64,000 nt of DNA from the human T2T-CHM13v2.0 reference genome, Homo sapiens, in NCBI RefSeq assembly GCF_009914755.1, contig NC_060931.1; one strand, given 5' to 3'. The notes below the pieces were generated by a model, which did not search any database, was not told the origin of the DNA, and was given only the letters and a program-made list of their open reading frames with translations. A program made the position numbers and the translations under genes. The first letter of the stretch is position 1; each line of letters begins with the position of its first letter. This document shows positions 55,484 to 64,000 of the stretch, piece after piece.

Positions 55484-57192
55484 CTAAACTATTTTGTTGT
55501 GCTAGGTAAGTAGGCCAAACAGACAGAAAGGTTCTGTCCTTTATGATGAGGATGATATTATTGGTAATAAGAAGACTATATTGAGTTTCCAGCTTGTTCC
55601 CTATGGTTGAGTCTAATCTGTGAAAAACAGTTTGGCCTCTGGTCAGGGGAAGTGATGGTAGGACAGACTGGTCATTAGGAAACAGAGTTCATGTGAATTC
55701 TCCTGGTGGATGCTATTATCCTAAAAACTAGAAATCACAAGGTTTGAACCTTGATTACTTGTAGAGTTCACGTCAAGGGCATTAATCTCATTCCAGAGAA
55801 CAGCACTCATGCTCCAGGAGACGTGCTTGCATGGGGCCTTCCTTCTAAGAGGAAGGGGAGCAGCTCCAGAGTCAGAAAGAAGGCCATCTCGGTAATGGGT
55901 CAGTTCGGGCTAGGGAAGAAATCAAGGGCCAAAGAATCCATAGTAGGTGTTCTCCAGCAGAAAGAACACAATGCCCTAGACTCACTCCATCTAGGCAGGG
56001 AGGCCTGCGCTAGAGGCACCGAGGAGGAGGAGGAAAAGCCAGAGGGAGTGGAGGACAACTTTATGCTCCCAACTACAGGAATTCATCTAGCCCCTGTGCT
56101 GTCCCTCATTCACCCCATTACTGCAGCTCCTGCTGTTATCACCGTAGGAAATCAATTATCTTGAGTATTCATAGAAGAGAAGCCCCTCAGTTCTGACTTA
56201 TCTTCTCTCTACTTCAAAAACAACTATCCTAACACTTGCCCCAACCACTCTTAGGAAAGGTTAGGTTCTCTCCTGGTCCGCCCATCTTAGGACAATGAAT
56301 CTCTTCCTGATTTTCACAGGCCAACTACTCATCTCCCTGAATCCAGTTCCAGTTTGGGTGGGGTCAAAAGGTGGGAAGAAACACAGGTCATTCCTCAAAA
56401 AAGAGACATATTTGCCATCACTCCCACTTCTAAATCCTCATTTCATCATGCCCAATACAGAATTATCTCTCTGTTCTTTTCAAAAACAGTACTTTCTCCG
56501 ATTGTTTAAAACAGCCAGTTCACTCTCAGTTTATTTTTCACTCATTCTCATGAATTTCATGCTTCCATTATGCTCCTACTCCTGCCTATAATTTTAGGTA
56601 TAATTGGAAACATTCATTTTCATTTTCTCTCTCTCTCTCTCTGCACTCTTCCTATGACTCTTTAGCATTCTTTACTCCAAGTCAAAAAAATTTTCTTTAC
56701 ATCACTGTCATCCAGAACCCCTCCCAGCTTCATGACAAGTTCAGGGCAATTTCCCACCATTTTAAGCTCAGACCTCCTTTCAGGGCATACTAACATTGCC
56801 ATTTCCAAGAGCACTCTTGTATGATCTTTAACTTTTCAAAACATTTTCCACATTTACTATCTTATCTTCAAGCAGTTGACTGACGTAGAGCAGATCTATT
56901 ATTAGTAGTAATAGGAGAGGTAGTAACCTTATTTTCTGGTGAAAAAATGGAGTTTCAGACAGATTAAATGATTTCCTAAGTCACGCAGAGAGGGACAGAG
57001 TGTCAGGTCTAGCATCAGAGAGGGACAGGATGTCAAGTCTCCTAAAGCTGCAGTTAACGCTGTTTTCATTCTTTCCAGTAAACTATTTTCTCCTCCTCTC
57101 CCACTTGTAAAAGCCCTCTCCCCAGATGTCTCATTAGATAAATAACCTTCTTATCAAATCCAAGTTTAGATCTCACCCCTTTTAGTCAGACT

Positions 57193-58424
<1,232 letters not shown>

Positions 58425-58689
58425 CTAGTTTACAACTTTCTCCCTCATTCCTCATAGAGCTCTTTCTCGTATAGGTATCAGAGCAAACAGAAAGCCTCAC
58501 TGAGCGATGGAAATTTTTGTACTATCTTCATCTCTCTCTGCCTTCCTCATTACAGAACTCTCTTCAGACCTTCACTGCCAGGATCTCTTTATCACTATTT
58601 AGCTAGCCAGTGGGGAAACAAAGGATTTCCTTTCAGTATTTCTTCCTAATACTGAAAGGGAGCTGAAGGCCCATTCTTTTCCTTCTTTC

Positions 58690-59240
58690 TGGTTGAGGTA
58701 GACATCCGTTTTGGGTTGTTTTTGTCTGCCCAGCATACCTTCCCCCTTTTGCTCAGTAGCAGTACCCGCTTCCTTTAGGTACTGCTTCCCCGCTACACTA
58801 CCCACTACTTGGTGGGACTGTCAACAGCATTTCTCTACCTTCCTGATTAAAGGTGGGCATGTGACTTGGTTCTGACCAATTGTAATATGCTATCTCCCTG
58901 GAGTCATGATTCAAGCTAGCGAATTAGTCATCCCAGGGTTTTATTTACACTAGAATCCACTCAGGTCCTATAACCTGGGATTATAAAATTATAAAAATTT
59001 AGAACTGCATGTGCTTGTGCCTTCTCTTACCTCTAGCTAAATGAAGAAAGCTGTCTTAAGGAGAGAATGAGGTGAAGACAGAGAGAGGAGCCAGGTTGGG
59101 AGCAAAAAAGAAAGACCTCACAACACTACTTACATTTCTGAATCCACTCAGGTATTTTGCAGTTACAAGAAGCAATAAATCCCCGTTTTAGCTGAGAGCT
59201 GAGCCACTATCACTACCAACCCGAAGAGTTCTGACTAAAT
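58690..59240. mobile_element. Old ERVL-type LTR fragment (LTR16/33-like)
   Basis: gggcatgtgacttggttctgaccaat motif and end aagagttctgactaaatac; recognised by eye. Confidence 0.4.
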
Positions 59241-59929
59241 ACGATGCTGTAACCAGAAGAGACAATGGTCACATGACTCCAGGGAAAGTAAACCTCTCCA
59301 CCTCACTCCCACAACTCTCCCATCCACGCTAATGTTTCCATATTACCTAAAATTATTCATAGTAATACCACATAAGATTCCACCAGTTTGAAATTCATCT
59401 GGACTTTAAAAAATCTCAACCCACCTGAGTGTGAATTAGTTTAATCCAGTGGCTTTGATTTTAACATCAAATTGAAATGAAACATATGAGGGAACAGAAA
59501 TTTTTTGATAAAGAAACAAGAAGAGTTTTTTTGTTTTTGTTTTTGTTTTTTTTTTAATGGAGAGAAAGGGAGAACAGGCCCTAGTGAGGCACAGTAAAGG
59601 GGTTTTCAGCAGGCTTGGGATTTACAGAGGACACCAAAATGTGAGACAGGGAAACCGAAAAGAGGGAGAAAGAGCCAAAGACACATGTGAAATCTACCCC
59701 TAATTAGATTCAGTACAATGTTCTTTCCTGGCAGTCCCCGAATAATCAGTTCTCAGAACACAGAACTACTCTATCATCACTCCCAGAAATATTTGTCCTT
59801 TTCAATACATAGAGTGTCACCTATCCTACACCATTCCTAGTAACAAGATCTTTCCCAACTTAATTCCCAGGAAAGCGCCTCACATATTTCCAAGAAAAGG
59901 ACAATAAGGATAAATTCTTGAGCACCTAT

Positions 59930-60758
<829 letters not shown>

Positions 60759-62532
60759 GAGACTGAATTCTAATGTCAGCCTATCATAAATATTGTTCCA
60801 GATACAGAAACAATATAGAAGGCCAGGAACCAATTTTACAACACAACTTCTCTTCTTTTCCAGTGCTTCCTTCCTCGCCAGTTAAAGTTGGTCCCAACTG
60901 ATCCCCAATCTATTTGGCCTATACAAAATCTACCGTCTTTATCAAATGTTTCTCTCTCTCATTTAATGTGACAGCTATACACAGTCATAGCTTGGGTATG
61001 CCCTCCCCAATCCCAGAAGACAAGCCTTTTCCACCGTAAAGACCAGCCCTGATCTCACCTCAAGATGCATGCATCTTACCTTGCTACCTCCTCCTCCTCC
61101 ATGACTACAACACCACTGAAAAGTATAGTTTCCCCAGGCCCTTCGCTCAGGATGCCTTTCTTTTTTAAAAGAAATAATTCATTAATAAAGATATCCTTAT
61201 AGATAAAAACAGAATTGTAGAGCTGGAAGGAATCTTAGAGATCACCTAATTCAAGCCCCTAATTTTACTGATGAGGAAGCTAAGACACTTCCTTTGCTTA
61301 GGCTAATCAGTTTATGTACTTGTAGTGTCCACACATAATTCATAGAATAGTTATTAATTGCAGCACAAAGCACTTCTTGCCTTTACACTCAGGGTAATTA
61401 CATCTCCTTCCCTCAATGGAGACACCTCTGCATTACTTCTCTTCCCACTGTTCCCACTACAGAGTTCTGTTTTCTCCATTGCTTCTATTATAATATCATC
61501 TTCTCCATAATTCAGTCAAGACATCTGCCTCCCATTATCCCCAGTCAGAAGTATTTTCCTGTTCCTCCCAGTCCTCATATTTTGAACAGTGCCTTTTGCT
61601 TATAACCCTCATCTGAGTTCCTATAGCCCCTCTACTTCTAATACAGATTCTTTTCATCACATAAGGATCATTGCTTTCCCCTCTATAATGGCCAGTGAAG
61701 ACACTGCTTGCAGCACCTGTCTCTTTCTACTACACCTGAATTCAACTTGTGTAGGCCACTCCTCTATTGCACCAAATGCAAGCATCTCTTCTCCCTATCA
61801 CCCTTTCTCTCAATTAGTCCTAGCACATTAGCATTTCATCCACAGTACTCTAAGCTGATAACTTTCTCCCAACAAGCTCAGACTTCCAAAAAAAATTTCC
61901 CGCCTCTTTTTTACTACACTCCTAATCCAGGCCTTTTGTCGGTTATGAGCACTACCTTGCATAGAGAGCTCTGTCCTTTTCACTGGTTCAGACACAAAGT
62001 TTCTTTCCTACCCCAGCACAGGGCATTTCCCCATTCCCTCCTTCTTCCCACCAAATTCTTTCCTTCTCATCATTCCTGTTTAAATCTCTCTCTCTTTTAT
62101 ACATCTACTCAATTACTTCTCTTCTATTTCCTAATTCCAAATCAGTTTCTTTTCCCATTACTTTTCTTTTCCTATTACTTCCCAGGCAGAATTCTTGCTT
62201 CCTATTGTAACATTTCTCTCAATGCAAAGCACTTTGCTCACAATGCATGTTCTTCCTTCTTTCCAATTAAAATATTTCCCCCATTATTCCAAATATTACC
62301 TCTCTGCATTATTCCCAGTATAGTCTACTCATGCCTGCCACTCCAAGTATAAGAATCCTCCTCCTAATCATCTATTATATATATCTCCATATTTACATGT
62401 GCCACCTTAGAGACTCTTTCTCTCTGCCAACCCCTGAAGGGTTACTTTCACTATGGCACAGGGCATCTTAGCCTCTGATTCTAATCCTCCTAATAAAATT
62501 TTCCTGTTGTCACTCCTGAGGTCTATCTCTGA

Positions 62533-62926
62533 TCCAGGGGGTTCTTCACCCTTTTGTGCCCTTAAGTCCTTTGTCAGTCTGGTAAAGCCTATGAACACTT
62601 TCTAGAATAATGCTTTTAGACATACAACATAAAATACATAGTATTACATTTGAAGTCAAGTATATTAAAATATAGTTTAAAACAGAACTTGTGATATAAT
62701 CATGTTTCTTTATTCATTAAACAAGGTCCCTCCAAAGACTGTAAATGTATATCAAACTATCTGTGATTTCTTTCACTGACAAAAACATCATGCACGCTGA
62801 AACAACTATGATTTTTGGCCTATATTCATAGTTGAAGTGATAAAAAATAAAGGTATAAATTTTCTCCCACCCATAGCTAACAGATCCCCTGATGAAAGGT
62901 CTGTGGAGTCCAGGTTGAGAGCTCTA
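62533..62926 (+). mobile_element. hAT-Charlie DNA transposon (Charlie4a-like)
   Basis: cagggggttcttcacccttttgtgcc..gtctggtaaagcctatg..agaataatg..ataaaatacatag, with a degenerate inverted end ccaggttgagagctct. Confidence 0.65.
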
Positions 62927-63885
62927 CTTTAAACACTGAGGCCTAGAGAATTGAAAGGAACATTAAAAATCATCTGAACCAAAACTTTTGGCCCAGCTGA
63001 GGAAACCAAAGCCTAGAGAAGTCATGTGACTTTGAATCTCCCACTGTGTCTCAAATATACTAAGTCTGTAGTAATAGACAGACAATAAATGTTCCCTGAA
63101 TTGAACTAAGTGACTTGTCAAAATTATACAACTAATGAGTGACAAAGGTGAGAATTGAATCCACGTGTCACAACTCCTAAACAAATGTTCCATCAATCAC
63201 ATTAAGTTAATGCAGTATTTGCCTTTCTATAAATGTCAATGCAGCAATCACTCTGACTGTATGCTCAAAAGTTCTAGGAAAACATACTCTGGATCTCCAT
63301 CACTTCCCCCAAAAATCTCCCTCTTGTTTCTAACAACATAATTCTCTAATTCCACGTCATATTATCATTTTCTGTTTTCCTCTCATAAGTAAATATCATA
63401 TCTTGACAATCATAATGGATACCTATTCAGAAATTAATTAATGGTCATCCAAATGTTCCCTAGCTACATTCAGGTGCTTAGCTTACGGTAATCAGCACTT
63501 GAATACGAGGCTCCTAGGAAGTCTCCCCGGTCTCCTTGCATGATTTCAATTATTATTGCCAATCTGTATTCAGAAATTAGCAAATCTTTTTAAGCTTAGT
63601 TTAAAAAAACAATGTTTACTACAACAGCATGTCTCAAGTTTGTCCCATCATATTCCCATATCTTCTATATAACCTTAAACTACAAATGTTTTCTTCACTA
63701 TGCCCAATACTGGTATTAGTTTTCACGTCAATCTCTCACTACATTTTTGTCATCCATCTAACAAATATATATGGAGTAGCTACCATTCCTCACTTCCTAA
63801 GCTTTTGCATTCAGGCAATCCAATCTTCTTTTTCCCCTGAGTGAATAATTGCTCTAGACACCCCCAACTCAAAGTTTTCTTCTGC

Positions 63886-64000
63886 CTTTTTTTTTTTTTT
63901 TTTTTGAGATGGAGTTTTGCTCGTTGCCCCCCAGGCTGGAGTGCAATGGCACAATCTCGGCTCACTGCAACATCTGCCTCCTGGGTTCAAGTGATTCTCC
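63886..64000 (-). mobile_element. Alu (partial, window edge)
   Basis: Poly(T) followed by reverse Alu right arm. Confidence 0.9.

Noticed and set aside
56986-57040. 30-bp-period two-copy duplication
   Set aside because: Small local duplication in MIR-like sequence; no sign of function.
61708-62352. 214-aa ORF in the GBX1 intron
   Set aside because: TTG start, F/L/S/P-rich product of pyrimidine-skewed sequence; no domain or splice support.

Overview
Human (primate) genomic DNA, recognisable as the AGAP3 (centaurin-gamma-3) / GBX1 locus (7q36.1 from prior knowledge). The + strand carries AGAP3 coding exons 2-18 (Ras-like GTPase domain, split PH domain, ArfGAP zinc finger, ankyrin repeats; stop at 45020, polyA signal at 45490). 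It also carries a CpG-island alternative first exon (15858-16728, 290 codons, splices in frame to exon 2) and an alternative terminal exon (from 23815, ICATVSNFSSTKRPFQLLPN*) that gives the short GTPase-only CRAG-type isoform. The canonical AGAP3 exon 1 lies upstream of the window. The - strand carries the homeobox exon and 3'UTR of GBX1 (CDS 50224-49671), convergent with AGAP3; its intron fills the rest of the window. The flanks are Alu-rich, with MIR, L2, L1, MaLR and Charlie relics, but 14.1-45.8 kb has no Alu that I could see. The points most worth following up are: (i) a second, ATG-initiated 74-codon frame overlapping the CRAG exon, preceded by a GCC/TCC repeat leader (candidate microprotein or dual-coding exon); (ii) several TAAT/PBX/MEIS/SOX-dense AT-rich islands inside AGAP3 introns, probably GBX1 enhancers in a genomic regulatory block; (iii) the motif-rich alternative N-terminus; (iv) a TSD-flanked retrocopied 3'UTR fragment. 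Exon boundaries were read by hand and phase-checked; repeat boundaries are approximate; conservation and expression claims are untested inferences.
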